Source of the DNA: a bacterium HR33
Lineage (GTDB): Bacteria > Gemmatimonadota > Gemmatimonadetes > Gemmatimonadales > GWC2-71-9
Assembly (NCBI GenBank): GCA_945889655.1
Contig: CAMDCH010000002.1
Coordinates: 1 to 44,846, forward strand
Direction of reading: 5' to 3'
Length of the DNA stretch: 44,846 nucleotides
Shown: in pieces, positions 1 to 9,631 of the stretch
Layout of the letters: the number at the start of each line of letters is the position of its first letter
Numbering within the stretch: position 1 is the first letter of the stretch
Notes under the pieces: model-generated
Database searches by the model: none
What the model was told of the DNA's origin: nothing
What the model saw: the letters and a program-made list of their open reading frames with translations, nothing else
Program-made: the position numbers and the translations under genes

Positions 1-174
1 GGCCACGCTTTCGTGCTCGTCGCGCGTATCCGAAAACCAAACTCGCTCGCCGGCCTCGGCGCAATCTGCCTCGCTGCCATCACCGCCTTCACGCTCCTCT
101 CTCCTCTGCTCCCTGAACTCGTTCACCATCAGAGCGAGTTCCTGCGGAAGGTGCGGGCGGTCCTCGACGGCTGA
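1..174 (+). CDS. 3' end of a gene starting upstream of the window; hydrophobic C-terminal tail, product unknown
   Basis: Frame 1 is open from base 1 to TGA at 172-174. It is absent from the ORF track because it has no start in the window. Third codon positions are mostly G/C, as in the confident genes. The tail ...SLAGLGAICLAAITAFTLLSPLLPELVHHQSEFLRKVRAVLDG contains one probable membrane helix. Confidence 0.3.
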   Translation, partial: GHAFVLVARIRKPNSLAGLGAICLAAITAFTLLSPLLPELVHHQSEFLRKVRAVLDG

Positions 175-1602
175 TCAGCTCAGCTCGGCGGCAGCCGCGC
201 GAACGTCGTCGAGCCCTTCCCGCATTCTCTCCATGTGCGTCCTGAACGACAGCACGCAGATCCGCAACACGAACCGGCCCTCGAGCGTCGTCCCGCTCAG
301 GTGAACGCGGTTCCGCCGGTTCACACCATTGATGAACGCCCGGTTGAGCTGGTTGAGCGCTTCCTCGTCCAAGCCGGGGCGCTTCAGGCGGAAGGCCACG
401 ATGGACAACTGCGGCTCGGCTACGATCTCCATGCCCGGAATCTTTCGCAGTTCGGCGGTCGCCCAGAGCGTGAGGTCCAGCTTCTCGTCCAGGTTCCGGC
501 GGAATGTCCCGATCCCGTGAAGCTTCACCGGCAGCCACACCCGAATGCCGCGGAAGGGACGGGACAGCTCCGGGGACACCTTGCTGAAATCCACCATGTC
601 GGGCGCATCGGGCAACGTGGGGAGGTAGTCCGCTTCCGCGTGGTGGGCGCGCTCGAGTGCTGCGCCGTCCCGCACCAGCAGTGATCCCGTGCCGTACGGA
701 AGGAACATCCCCTTGTGGGGATCGAGCGTGACCGAGTCGGAGCGCTCGATGCCGCGGAGCACCGCGCGGCCGCGCTCGGTCAGCATGAAGAACCCTCCGT
801 AGGCACCATCCACGTGAAGCCAGAGTTTCTGCCGGCTGGAGATGTCGGCCAGCGCTGACAGATCGTCCACGGCCCCGGTGTTCGTGGTGCCCGCATTCCC
901 GATCACGAAGAATGGAGTCTTCCCCGCCTTCCGATCCTGCTCGACCAGTTTCTCAAGCTCGTCGGGGCGCATCCGGTACTCGCTGTCGACCGGCACGAGG
1001 CGGACCGCGGACGCCGGAAACCCGGCGAGCATCGCCGCCTTCTGCACGGAGTGATGGACCTGGTCGGTGGTATACAGCGTGCCGGCGAGGAAATTCTCAG
1101 GAAGGAGCGCGCGTCGCGCGGTCACGATCGCGCCGAAATTGGCCAGTGAGCCGCCACTGGTGAGAAAGCCGGACGCGCCGTCGGGATATTTCACGATCTC
1201 GCACAGCCAGCGGACCACGTTGGCCTCGATCTGCGCGAGCCCGGGAGCCGCTAGCCAGACGCCTACGTAGCGGTTGACCGTCTCGCCAATGAAATCGGCC
1301 AGCGCTGACTCGAAGAGACCGCCGCCAGGGATGTAGGCCAGGTAGCCAGGGCCGGCCGTATTGAAGCTCTTGGGCGCGAGGCGGTCGAAGATGAGGTCCA
1401 GGAGCTGGTCGTACGAGGTCCCCTGCTCCGGCATCGGCTCGCGAACCGAGCGTGCGAGCTCGAGGGCGCCCTCCACGTCGGCCGCCTTCTGCTGTGGAAG
1501 GGTCTCGATGTGATGGACGATCCGCTCGAGCGCGCCCTGGACCAGCCGGCGCATTTCGGTTGCATCAGGTTCGAGTGAACGATCGTACGATGCGTTGCTC
1601 AT
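175..1602 (-). CDS. PLP-dependent group II amino-acid decarboxylase (aromatic-L-amino-acid/glutamate decarboxylase superfamily)
   Basis: Track ORF 175..1773 trimmed to the ATG at 1602 (MSNASYDRSLEPD...). Motifs HVDGAYGGFF and SVTLDPHKGMFLPYGTG (PLP lysine in DPHK) are typical of pyridoxal-dependent decarboxylases. Confidence 0.88.
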   Translation of the reverse strand: MSNASYDRSLEPDATEMRRLVQGALERIVHHIETLPQQKAADVEGALELARSVREPMPEQGTSYDQLLDLIFDRLAPKSFNTAGPGYLAYIPGGGLFESALADFIGETVNRYVGVWLAAPGLAQIEANVVRWLCEIVKYPDGASGFLTSGGSLANFGAIVTARRALLPENFLAGTLYTTDQVHHSVQKAAMLAGFPASAVRLVPVDSEYRMRPDELEKLVEQDRKAGKTPFFVIGNAGTTNTGAVDDLSALADISSRQKLWLHVDGAYGGFFMLTERGRAVLRGIERSDSVTLDPHKGMFLPYGTGSLLVRDGAALERAHHAEADYLPTLPDAPDMVDFSKVSPELSRPFRGIRVWLPVKLHGIGTFRRNLDEKLDLTLWATAELRKIPGMEIVAEPQLSIVAFRLKRPGLDEEALNQLNRAFINGVNRRNRVHLSGTTLEGRFVLRICVLSFRTHMERMREGLDDVRAAAAELS

Positions 1603-1811
1603 GAATTGCCCACGTGAGACTCTCCAAGACCGAATTGGCTTTGACGACAGTGACCGCTCACCACCTGTCCTCGGAAGAGGAATCATTGCGCAGGCGATTC
1701 TCGACCTGCACGTTGGATTCAACCACCAGCGCCCTGGTAGCAAGGGGGTAGTGTGGCCAGCGCGCGCGTCCATTTCCGCAAGACTCTCGAGCTGCGGCCG
1801 GAACGGTCGTA

Positions 1812-2117
1812 GTGAGTCAACACCCTCATCGCGCGGGCGACCAGGATAGCCAACACGTCCTGCCCGTTGTCCTCACTCCAGACGAGTGGATTCTGATCAC
1901 GCAAACCCTCGGACTCTCTTTACGAGAGTCCCAGATCTGTGCGGCCCTCTTCGATGGCAAGTCGAAGGCTCAGACCGCGGCATTACTCGGCATCTCCTCG
2001 CATACGGTGCATACACACCTAGAACGCCTTTACAGGAAACTCGAAGTTCACGACAAGGTTCAACTCACCATCAAGATCCTCTCCGTCTTGATCCATCGCG
2101 CGAGAGGCGAGGCTTAA
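1812..2117 (+). CDS. stand-alone LuxR/GerE-type helix-turn-helix transcriptional regulator
   Basis: GTG-initiated 101-aa ORF. LSLRESQICAALFDGKSKAQTAALLGISSHTVHTHLERLYRKLEV is a LuxR-type HTH. There is no receiver or ligand-binding domain. The exact start is uncertain. Confidence 0.78.
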   Translation: MSQHPHRAGDQDSQHVLPVVLTPDEWILITQTLGLSLRESQICAALFDGKSKAQTAALLGISSHTVHTHLERLYRKLEVHDKVQLTIKILSVLIHRARGEA

Positions 2118-2368
2118 GTCCGGACCTCGATCTTGTCGCCTGAATGACTGACGTCTAAGCGCCCGACAGCCGCGCAGCCGACTTTCAGTTCTAGAAATGC
2201 ATGACTAACATGGCGCGCGAAGAGAAGGGTCGTTGCGCGGTCCGTCAATCGCACACAGTGCGACCCAAACATGGAGAGGAGACAGGAACAACATCCGCTC
2301 GCCACGTCGTCTGGCGAGCTAGCGGAACGATTTCCACACACGGCTTTGCCCTTGATACGGAGGAATCT

Positions 2369-2581
2369 ATGCGCGCACTAAAACTCGCCCTGATAGCTGC
2401 TGCCCTAAGCCTTGCAGGGACAAGCCGAGTAGAAGCAAAGAAAGACTGCATGGGCTGCTTTGCGGAGTGTTGGGATTGCGAATACTACTGCCAGAGCCAA
2501 TGTACCCTGTTTCCCCTGTACTGCGATTATGAGCCTTCTTGCCCTTACAATCTCACTTACATGTGTGAATGCGGGAATTGA
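2369..2581 (+). CDS. secreted cysteine-rich mini-protein (70-aa precursor, about 47-aa mature part with 10 Cys), function unknown
   Basis: Track ORF 2201..2581 trimmed to the ATG at 2369, which has GGAGG at 2359-2363 (5-nt spacer). MRALKLALIAAALSLAGTSRVEA looks like a Sec signal peptide. The remainder is KKDCMGCFAECWDCEYYCQSQCTLFPLYCDYEPSCPYNLTYMCECGN. Confidence 0.6.
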   Translation: MRALKLALIAAALSLAGTSRVEAKKDCMGCFAECWDCEYYCQSQCTLFPLYCDYEPSCPYNLTYMCECGN

Positions 2582-2690
2582 GCCGCGTTGGGGCATTTCC
2601 ATCGCCCCGGCGGCGTTAGACGGCATGAAGCCGAATGTTTGCCTCAGCGACGGAAATGGCGTGGCCATCACTGAAACCTTCTACGAGTAA

Positions 2691-2715
2691 GGCCGAAGAC
2701 TCAGTGTCTTCGGCC
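2691..2715 (+). terminator. perfect 10-bp hairpin between the Cys-rich ORF and the DsbA-like gene (terminator-like or processing/attenuation stem)
   Basis: GGCCGAAGAC-tcagt-GTCTTCGGCC. There is no clear T-run after it (tgagggtacc), so its function as an intrinsic terminator is doubtful. Confidence 0.3.
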
Positions 2716-2728
2716 TGAGGGTACCCCA

Positions 2729-3373
2729 ATGCGCAAATACTTTGATTGGCTGCTCAATCTGGTGACGATCTTCGTACTCGCCCTCGCTGCCGCCGGTGCG
2801 ATTCGGCCGGGCTCGGCAATTCGATCAGGGATCGATTCCTGGCAAGCGCAACGCGCGTTGGCCAAGACTTGGCCGGCTCTTCAGGACATCGCAAGCCGCC
2901 TGGACTCAGGGTCGGGAGTAGTCAAACTCGTTGAGTTTGGGGACTACGAGTGCCCGTTCTGCAAGAGAGCGCATGACACATTGCGCGCGCTAATGAGCCG
3001 AGTTCCTGAGCTTGGCATTGTGTATCGTCACTATCCCCTTGCGAACCATCCTGCTGCCGAGGGAGCAGCGCGAGCGGCAATTTGCGCTGAAGGTCAAGGA
3101 AAATTCAGATCAATCCACAGCTACTTCTACAAGAACGAGAATTGGAAGACCGATCGGAATTGGATAGCCGCAGCACGAGCTGTCGGCGTTCCAGATCTTG
3201 AGAATTTTGAGGTCTGTCTCAATCACCCCGCAACAACCCAGCGCCTTAGGGATGACATAGCGTTGGCTCAAGTAGTTGGCATCAAGGGCACCCCTGCCTT
3301 CTACTCTCGGACAGGAGTCCTAGTCGGGGCCCCAACGGATTCGGCTGTCTCGCACCTCCTGGGTCGGGAATAG
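2729..3373 (+). CDS. membrane-anchored DsbA-family thiol:disulfide oxidoreductase
   Basis: N-terminal TM helix (LLNLVTIFVLALAAAGAI). Thioredoxin-fold active site in VEFGDYECPFCKRAH (CPFC). C-terminal GIKGTPAF cis-Pro loop typical of DsbA-like proteins. Confidence 0.85.
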   Translation: MRKYFDWLLNLVTIFVLALAAAGAIRPGSAIRSGIDSWQAQRALAKTWPALQDIASRLDSGSGVVKLVEFGDYECPFCKRAHDTLRALMSRVPELGIVYRHYPLANHPAAEGAARAAICAEGQGKFRSIHSYFYKNENWKTDRNWIAAARAVGVPDLENFEVCLNHPATTQRLRDDIALAQVVGIKGTPAFYSRTGVLVGAPTDSAVSHLLGRE

Positions 3374-3456
3374 CGCCTGTGGCATCACGCGATGGGGTTG
3401 GGGAGAATGGCAACGAGCGCTCATTGACATTTCCGGGATGAGCGCGATTCTCCATC

Positions 3457-4245
3457 ATGCGGCTTTCATGCCTTTGGGTACTCGTTCTCGCTACCGTCAA
3501 AGGAGCTCCGCGAGCACAGGCTCAGGTCGTGACGGGACGTGTGGAGGATTCGCTATCAGGCAAGGTCCTTGAACGGTCCTTTGTCTACTTTGAAGGACAG
3601 GTCGGTGACAATTTCAGCAAGTCGGACGGCCGGTTTCGGATCAATCGGCCGACTATCACCGACACAATCCTGGTGATCCGCCGGATAGGTTACGTGCCCA
3701 TCCGCGTGGTCGTACCTAACTCCGCCGCCGCATCTCTCGTAGATATGGGGACCGTCAAATTGCGGGCGGCGGCGACGAAGCTGGACCGCATTGCCATTGA
3801 AGCCGAAGAAAAAGCGCGTTATCCCCACTTGGAAGGGTTCTATCACCGGCGTGGTTTGCTTCAAGGGTTCTTCATGACGCCGGAGGACATTGCCAGTGCC
3901 GCAGCCTCCAAGCCCAGCCGGCTACTGGAGCGCTCGGTGAAGGTCATCACTGGTTGCAATGACAGGGGGAACGGGCGTTGGATGAAAGGTGCGCCTTTCG
4001 ATTGCACCGCGCAGAGCAATCGACCCAGAGCGTCGGGTGTGTCGGGTCGGTTGCTAATGACTCATTGCGAGATGGATGTATGGCTGGACGGGCGGCGGAG
4101 CCTTGTGGAACTCGACGAGGTTCCTGTCAAAGAAATCGTCGCTATTGAAGTCTACAGCGGTCCGGCCACGACTCCGTCCATGTTCGGCGCAGGAGACTGT
4201 GGCGCTGTGGCGATTTGGACCAACAGCGGCCGTGGGACCCCGTAA
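3457..4245 (+). CDS. secreted protein with N-terminal carboxypeptidase-regulatory-like (CarboxypepD_reg) domain
   Basis: Signal peptide MRLSCLWVLVLATVKGAPRAQAQ followed by VTGRVEDSLSGKVLERSFVYFEG...SDGRFRI, the usual CarboxypepD_reg beta-sandwich signature. The C-terminal ...IEVYSGPATTPSMFG... resembles the end of TonB-receptor plug-like regions. Confidence 0.7.
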   Translation: MRLSCLWVLVLATVKGAPRAQAQVVTGRVEDSLSGKVLERSFVYFEGQVGDNFSKSDGRFRINRPTITDTILVIRRIGYVPIRVVVPNSAAASLVDMGTVKLRAAATKLDRIAIEAEEKARYPHLEGFYHRRGLLQGFFMTPEDIASAAASKPSRLLERSVKVITGCNDRGNGRWMKGAPFDCTAQSNRPRASGVSGRLLMTHCEMDVWLDGRRSLVELDEVPVKEIVAIEVYSGPATTPSMFGAGDCGAVAIWTNSGRGTP

Positions 4246-4514
4246 CCCCCGCGCGGAGTTCTTTCGGCCAAGGCGACAAAGGACAAGGCGAACTAAAAGA
4301 GTCTCGTGTGCTCTTGCATCTCCTCTGCAGTGGGCTCGAGCGATAGATCAACTGCATTTCTGCTTACTGAGGGCACCGTCACCTCGTTGGGCTAGACCGT
4401 CTCGGCGTCTTTGGCGTCCAGGCGTCTAGGTGAAGGCCACAAGGTAACGCACTCGCGTCACCCTGCTACATTCCGTCCCTGGCGCAGTTCTCCTTACCGC
4501 CCCACCCGACGAGG

Positions 4515-6731
4515 ATGTCCATGAACGCCCGTCTTGCCGCCCTTCTCTCGCTGCCAGCGATGCTGGTCGCGGTTGCTTGCGCTTCGGGAACCCCCACACC
4601 GGTCGCGACGACTGCACCTCAACAGCCAGCAACACAGCCGGCCCCCGCAACGCGGCCCCAGGCTCAGCCTCCGGCACCAGCCTCTGCGACCGCTTCTGCG
4701 ACCTCTGCGACATCTGTGGCCGACAGCGTGAAGCCCGGCCGCTTCGACACCGGCCGGATGTGGACGTTCGAAAACGCACCCCTGTCGTATTTCCAGGAAG
4801 CCTACGGGTTCACGCCGACTGAAGCGTGGCTCAAGCGCGCCCGCCTCTCGGCGCTGCGCCTCCCGAACTGCACGGCGTCGTTCGTCTCGCCCAACGGGCT
4901 GGTGATGTCCAATCACCACTGCGCGCGCGAAGCCTCGGATGAAGTCACCAAGCCGGGGGAAGACCTGCTCAACAACGGGTTCTACGCGGCGAAGCAGGAG
5001 GACGAGCGGAAAGCCGGTCCCGACGTCTACGTGGACCAGATGGTCGAGATCCGTGACGTCACGCAGGAGATCGCCAGCCTCCCCGCCACCGGCTCGGAAG
5101 AGGAGCAGATCGAGGCACGGGACGAGAAGATCGCGGAGATCGAAGGACGGGTGAGCGCCGAGACGAAGCTGAAGTGCGAGGCGACGTCCTTGTATCACGG
5201 CGGCAAGTATTCGCTCTACTGCTACAAGCGTTACACGGATATCCGGCTCGTCTTCGAGCCGGAAGTGAGCGTGGCCTTCTTCGGCGGCGACCCCGACAAC
5301 TTTACGTATCCCCGCTACGACCTCGACGTCTCGTTCTTCCGGGTCTACGAAAACGGGCAGCCGCTGAAGACGGAGAACTTCCTCCCCTGGTCGCCGGCCG
5401 GGGCGAAGGAAGGCGATCCCGTCTTCGTGATCGGCAACCCGGGCTCGACGTCCCGCCTGGAGACCGTCGCCCAGCTAGAGTACAAGCGCGACGTGCAGTT
5501 CCCCTCCACGATCTCGATGCTCGACAGCCGCGCACGGGTGATGGAGGCGTACATGAAGGCGCACCCGGAGAAGAAGGCCGGGATCATCACCGACTACTTC
5601 GGCATCACGAATTCCCTCAAGGCCTATCGCGGCGAGCTGGAAGGCCTCCACACCCCCGCGCTCTTTAACCGCAAGCTGGCGTTCGAGCGTGACTTCAAGA
5701 AGACCATTTCGGCGAAGCCGGAGCTGGCGGCGAAGTACGGGTCACTGTGGACCGAGATCGCGGACTTGCGCAGCCAGATCCGCCGCATCGCGCCGACGCT
5801 GAATTCCCTCCAGCAGGGTGGGCTCACGCGCTCCAAGACACTCGCGGTGGCGTTCGGCATGGTCCAGATCGGGGGCGCGGTCGGCCGGGTGCCCGATTCC
5901 ATCATCAAGCAGTTCGCCAACGAGCTCCTCACGGAAAAGATCGACCCCGAGCTCGACGCCATGGTTCTCGCCGCGCAGCTCGAAGACGCCCGGAAAATGC
6001 TCGGCGCGGAGGACACCTGGGTCTCGCGCACGCTGGCCGGCCGCACCCCGATCGAGGCCGCCCGCGGCATCATCGCCGGGTCCGGCATCCCTGATTCGGC
6101 GAAGCGGGCGGCGATGCTCGCCAATCCCGCGTCGCTCAACAGCAGCACCGACCTCGCGATCCAGGTCGTGCGGCCGGCGCTGCCGCGCTTCCAGCAGGCG
6201 GCCCAGCAGTACCAGCAACTGACGGCGCAGGAGGAGATCCGCACCAGCAAGCTGGCCCGTGCGCTCTTCGACGCGTACGGCACCAGCATCGCGCCGGACG
6301 CCACGTTCACGCTGCGCATCGCCGATGGCACGGTGCAGGGCTACAACTACAACGGCACCCGGGCGCCGTGGTTCACCACGTTCTACGGCATGTACGACCG
6401 CCACTACTCGAATCCCGGCAACGCTGACTGGGCGCTGCCGAAGCGGTGGCTGTCGCCGCCGGCGGCGTTCGACCTGAAAACACCCCTCAACATGGTCACG
6501 ACCAACGACATCATCGGCGGCAATTCCGGCAGCCCGATGATCGACCGCCAGGGCCGCGTGGTCGGACTGATCTTCGACGGCAACATCGAGAGCCTGCCGG
6601 GCTCCTTCATCTACGACACGGAATCCAACCGCGCGGTCTCGGTGCACTCGCAGGCCATTCTCGCGGCCCTGCGCGACCTCTACGGCGCGAAGCGCATCGC
6701 CGACGAGCTGGCGGCGACCATCGCACGATGA
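4515..6731 (+). CDS. S46-family serine dipeptidyl-peptidase (DPP7/DPP11-like), lipoprotein-type signal
   Basis: 738 aa. Signal/lipobox LPAMLVAVAC. Catalytic His in VMSNHHCA and catalytic Ser in IIGGNSGSPMIDRQGRVVGLIFDGN, as in peptidase S46. Confidence 0.92.
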   Translation: MSMNARLAALLSLPAMLVAVACASGTPTPVATTAPQQPATQPAPATRPQAQPPAPASATASATSATSVADSVKPGRFDTGRMWTFENAPLSYFQEAYGFTPTEAWLKRARLSALRLPNCTASFVSPNGLVMSNHHCAREASDEVTKPGEDLLNNGFYAAKQEDERKAGPDVYVDQMVEIRDVTQEIASLPATGSEEEQIEARDEKIAEIEGRVSAETKLKCEATSLYHGGKYSLYCYKRYTDIRLVFEPEVSVAFFGGDPDNFTYPRYDLDVSFFRVYENGQPLKTENFLPWSPAGAKEGDPVFVIGNPGSTSRLETVAQLEYKRDVQFPSTISMLDSRARVMEAYMKAHPEKKAGIITDYFGITNSLKAYRGELEGLHTPALFNRKLAFERDFKKTISAKPELAAKYGSLWTEIADLRSQIRRIAPTLNSLQQGGLTRSKTLAVAFGMVQIGGAVGRVPDSIIKQFANELLTEKIDPELDAMVLAAQLEDARKMLGAEDTWVSRTLAGRTPIEAARGIIAGSGIPDSAKRAAMLANPASLNSSTDLAIQVVRPALPRFQQAAQQYQQLTAQEEIRTSKLARALFDAYGTSIAPDATFTLRIADGTVQGYNYNGTRAPWFTTFYGMYDRHYSNPGNADWALPKRWLSPPAAFDLKTPLNMVTTNDIIGGNSGSPMIDRQGRVVGLIFDGNIESLPGSFIYDTESNRAVSVHSQAILAALRDLYGAKRIADELAATIAR

Positions 6732-7876
6732 GCCCGGCGGCAGCGAAAAAGAAGACAGGGAAGAAGCCGGCGCGGGCGCCGCGCGGGGAGACCATCGCCG
6801 ACCTGGCCACACCGGCGCTCGTACTCGATCTCGACGTGATGGAAGCGAACCTCGCGCGAATGGCCGCGCGCGCGAAGACGCTGGGCGTCACGCTCCGCCC
6901 GCACGCGAAGACCCACAAGTGCGTCGAAATCGCGAAGCGCCAGCGCGCGCACGGGGCCGAGGGGCTCACCGTCTCAACGCTGTACGAGGCCGGCGTCTTC
7001 GCCCGGCACGGCTTCGACGACATCACCTGGGCCTTCCCGGTCATCCTCAACCGCATCCCCGAGGCCGCGAAGCTTGCGGACCGGATCACGCTGCGCCTCG
7101 TGGTGGATTCGCCCGAGGCCGTCACCGCGCTGGAGAAGTCCGGCGAGCGCTTCCACGTGTGGCTCAAGATCGATTGCGGGTACCACCGCGCCGGTGCCGA
7201 CCCGCAGTCCGCGAGCACGATCGATCTGGCCCGGCGGCTGGTGGACTCGAAGAAGCTGCGCTTCGACGGGATCCTCACCCACTCGGGCCACTCCTATCAC
7301 GGCGCCACCCGGCAGGAGATCCTCCGCATCGCCGAGCAGGAGCGCGGCGTGATGCTGGAGGTTGCAGCACGCATGGAACGCGCCGGCATTGGCATCCCCG
7401 CCATCAGCGTGGGCTCGACACCCGCGATGTCCGTCGTCGAGAATCTCGACGGCATCACCGAGGCGCGCCCCGGCAACTACGTCTTCTACGATTACACGCA
7501 GGTGGCGCTGGGATCATGCGAGCTGCGGGATGTCGCGGTCAGCGTCGTGACCAGTGTCGTCTCCACCCAGCGCGCGACCAACCACGCGGTCGTGGACGCC
7601 GGCGCTCTCTCCATGTCCAAGGACGCCGGCTCCGAGCTCGCGCCCAGGAAGAGCATGGGCGAGATCTTCGCCGACTACGACGCCCGCACCCTGCGGCCCG
7701 AACGGCTGGTATCGCTGAGCCAGGAGCACGGTGTCATCAGCGCCCCGCTCCCCGTGGGCACCCGGCTCCGCGTGGTACCAAACCACTCGTGCTTAACGGT
7801 GGCCCAGTTTGACGAGTACGTCGTCGTGCAGGGTGAGAACGTCGTGGATCGCTGGAAGGTCTGGCGAGGCCGCTAG
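6728..7876 (+). CDS. PLP-dependent D-serine dehydratase-like / D-threonine aldolase-like enzyme (alanine racemase N-terminal fold)
   Basis: Track ORF 6446..7876 trimmed to the ATG at 6728, which overlaps the S46 stop (ATGA). TPALVLDLDVMEANLARMAARAKTLGVTLRPHAKTHKC carries the PLP lysine (HAKTHK) typical of the DSD1/D-TA family. Confidence 0.85.
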   Translation: MSPAAAKKKTGKKPARAPRGETIADLATPALVLDLDVMEANLARMAARAKTLGVTLRPHAKTHKCVEIAKRQRAHGAEGLTVSTLYEAGVFARHGFDDITWAFPVILNRIPEAAKLADRITLRLVVDSPEAVTALEKSGERFHVWLKIDCGYHRAGADPQSASTIDLARRLVDSKKLRFDGILTHSGHSYHGATRQEILRIAEQERGVMLEVAARMERAGIGIPAISVGSTPAMSVVENLDGITEARPGNYVFYDYTQVALGSCELRDVAVSVVTSVVSTQRATNHAVVDAGALSMSKDAGSELAPRKSMGEIFADYDARTLRPERLVSLSQEHGVISAPLPVGTRLRVVPNHSCLTVAQFDEYVVVQGENVVDRWKVWRGR

Positions 7877-9549
7877 CGCGGGACCTTTCTTGCCCGCCGG
7901 TCGTGCAGCAGGATGTTCGCAATGAGCGCCACCCCTCCCGCACCAGCCGCCACGAAACAGAGAATGGCCAGCCCCGGGTAACCCAGGATCGTAAAGCGGG
8001 TCTCGACCCGCATCATCAGGGCCGCTCCGACGATCAGCGAAGCCAGCACCAGCCCGGTCGCGATCCGGTTCGCCACTTTCTGGAAGCCTTCCATCAGCTG
8101 CGCTTCGTCGATCGAATCCACCTTGACCTGAAGCGAGTTGTTCGCGGCCAGGTCCAGGATCTTGTTCACCCGCCCCGGCAGCCGCTGGATGAAGTCCTTC
8201 AGCTCGATCGTCGTCTCCAGCAGGCTCCCGGGTGACAGCGCTTCCTTCATCTTCTGCGTCGTCAGCAGCGCCGCCCTGTGCCGGATGGCCGCCTGGGGAT
8301 CGAAATCAGGATCGAGGATGCGGCCGATCTGGTCGAGACTGAGCAGCGCCTTGCCGAGAATCGTGAGCTCGGGCGGAACTCGGAGCCCGCCGTCACCCGA
8401 GGCCTTCGCGACCGCCAGCACCGCCCGCCCCACCTGGATCTCCTTCACGGTTACATCGCGGTTCTGCGCCACCAGCTCGCCGATATCCCGGCGCACCTTG
8501 GCCTCATCGAAATGCGGCCGCTTTTCCCCGATAGCGATCGCGATCTCGGCCGCCTCGTCACCCTTTCCTTCACTGACAGCCAGGAGGAGCTGCAGCAGCC
8601 GCTCCTGCATCTGGGGCGAGATGTGGGTCACGGTCCCGAGGTCGATGAGCGCGATCCGGCCGTCGTCCGTCAGGAATACGTTGCCGGGATGCGGGTCCGC
8701 ATGGACGAAGCCGTCCACGATGATCTGCTTCAGGTAGGCGTCGAACAGCTCCCGGGCCAGGTCGGAGCCGTCCAGCTCCGTCCGTGCCACCGGGCTCACG
8801 TCCGTGATCTTCTTCCCGGGCACGAAGTCCATCGTCAGCACGCGGGACGTGGTGTAATCCATCACCGGCTGCGGGACCACGATCTTCTCGAATCCATCAA
8901 GATTGCGGCCCAGGGCAACGAGGTTGCGTGCCTCCTGGAGGTAGTCCAGCTCCCGGAGCAGCATCTTCTTGAACTCTTCCAGCATTGCGGCGAAGCCGTA
9001 CCGCCGGCCCACCTCGGTATGCTCGTCCACGAACAGCGCGATTTCCCGCATCGACTCGAGGTCGTCCACGATCTTCTCGCGGATGTCCGGGCGCTGGACC
9101 TTGACCGCTACCAGGCGCCCGTCACGCAGCGTCGCCCGGTGCACTTGGCCCAGTGACGCGGCCGCCATGGGAACGCCATCGAACTCGGCGAAGGCCTTGG
9201 AGAGACGCACGCCGAGCTCGGCCGTGATAATCTTCTCGACCTCTTCAAAGGCGAACGGCTCGACGTTGTCCTGGAGACGGGTCAGGGCCTCGATGTACGG
9301 GGCCGGCAGGAAGTCGGCACGGGTGGACAGGAGCTGGCCAATCTTGATGTAGGTGGGCCCGAGCGCTTCGAGGTCGTCTGCGAACGCCTTCGCCAGATCT
9401 TCCGTATCCTGGCTGACCGGGGCGGGTTCGCCGCCCGGCACGACGTCGAGCTGGACGTCGGCATCCAGTCCAGCGCGGCCGTACTTGAAGATCAGCCTGG
9501 CAATGTCAGAATAGCGCTTGAGATGCTTGGGCTTCAGCGAGATCGCCAC
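7873..9549 (-). CDS. ABC1/UbiB-family atypical protein kinase with C-terminal TM helices
   Basis: Track ORF 7873..10269 trimmed to the GTG at 9549 (VAISLKPKHLKRY...). Upstream of that the frame overlaps hisA-IE. Motifs LGPTYIKIGQLLSTRADFLP, ASLGQVHRATL...VAVKVQRP and HADPHPGNVFL. Confidence 0.88.
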   Translation of the reverse strand: MAISLKPKHLKRYSDIARLIFKYGRAGLDADVQLDVVPGGEPAPVSQDTEDLAKAFADDLEALGPTYIKIGQLLSTRADFLPAPYIEALTRLQDNVEPFAFEEVEKIITAELGVRLSKAFAEFDGVPMAAASLGQVHRATLRDGRLVAVKVQRPDIREKIVDDLESMREIALFVDEHTEVGRRYGFAAMLEEFKKMLLRELDYLQEARNLVALGRNLDGFEKIVVPQPVMDYTTSRVLTMDFVPGKKITDVSPVARTELDGSDLARELFDAYLKQIIVDGFVHADPHPGNVFLTDDGRIALIDLGTVTHISPQMQERLLQLLLAVSEGKGDEAAEIAIAIGEKRPHFDEAKVRRDIGELVAQNRDVTVKEIQVGRAVLAVAKASGDGGLRVPPELTILGKALLSLDQIGRILDPDFDPQAAIRHRAALLTTQKMKEALSPGSLLETTIELKDFIQRLPGRVNKILDLAANNSLQVKVDSIDEAQLMEGFQKVANRIATGLVLASLIVGAALMMRVETRFTILGYPGLAILCFVAAGAGGVALIANILLHDRRARKVPR

Positions 9550-9631
9550 ACAACCCCCGGTCGAATCCGGCCGCCTGAGGTGCGGCCGCCACACCGGTAC
9601 TGACGCAATTTTCTCGCCAATCGCCTCCGAC

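Noticed and set aside
4404-4426. Three direct GGCGTC hexamers (4404, 4413, 4421) upstream of the S46 peptidase gene.
   Set aside because: Short GC-rich hexamers recur by chance at this composition. The spacing is irregular (9 and 8 nt) and there is no flanking palindrome.
9560-9600. GGCGGCCG direct repeats and a GCGGCCGC palindrome between hisA-IE and the UbiB gene, considered as the his operon terminator.
   Set aside because: The stem is imperfect and no T-run follows. It was not distinguishable from background GC-rich self-complementarity.
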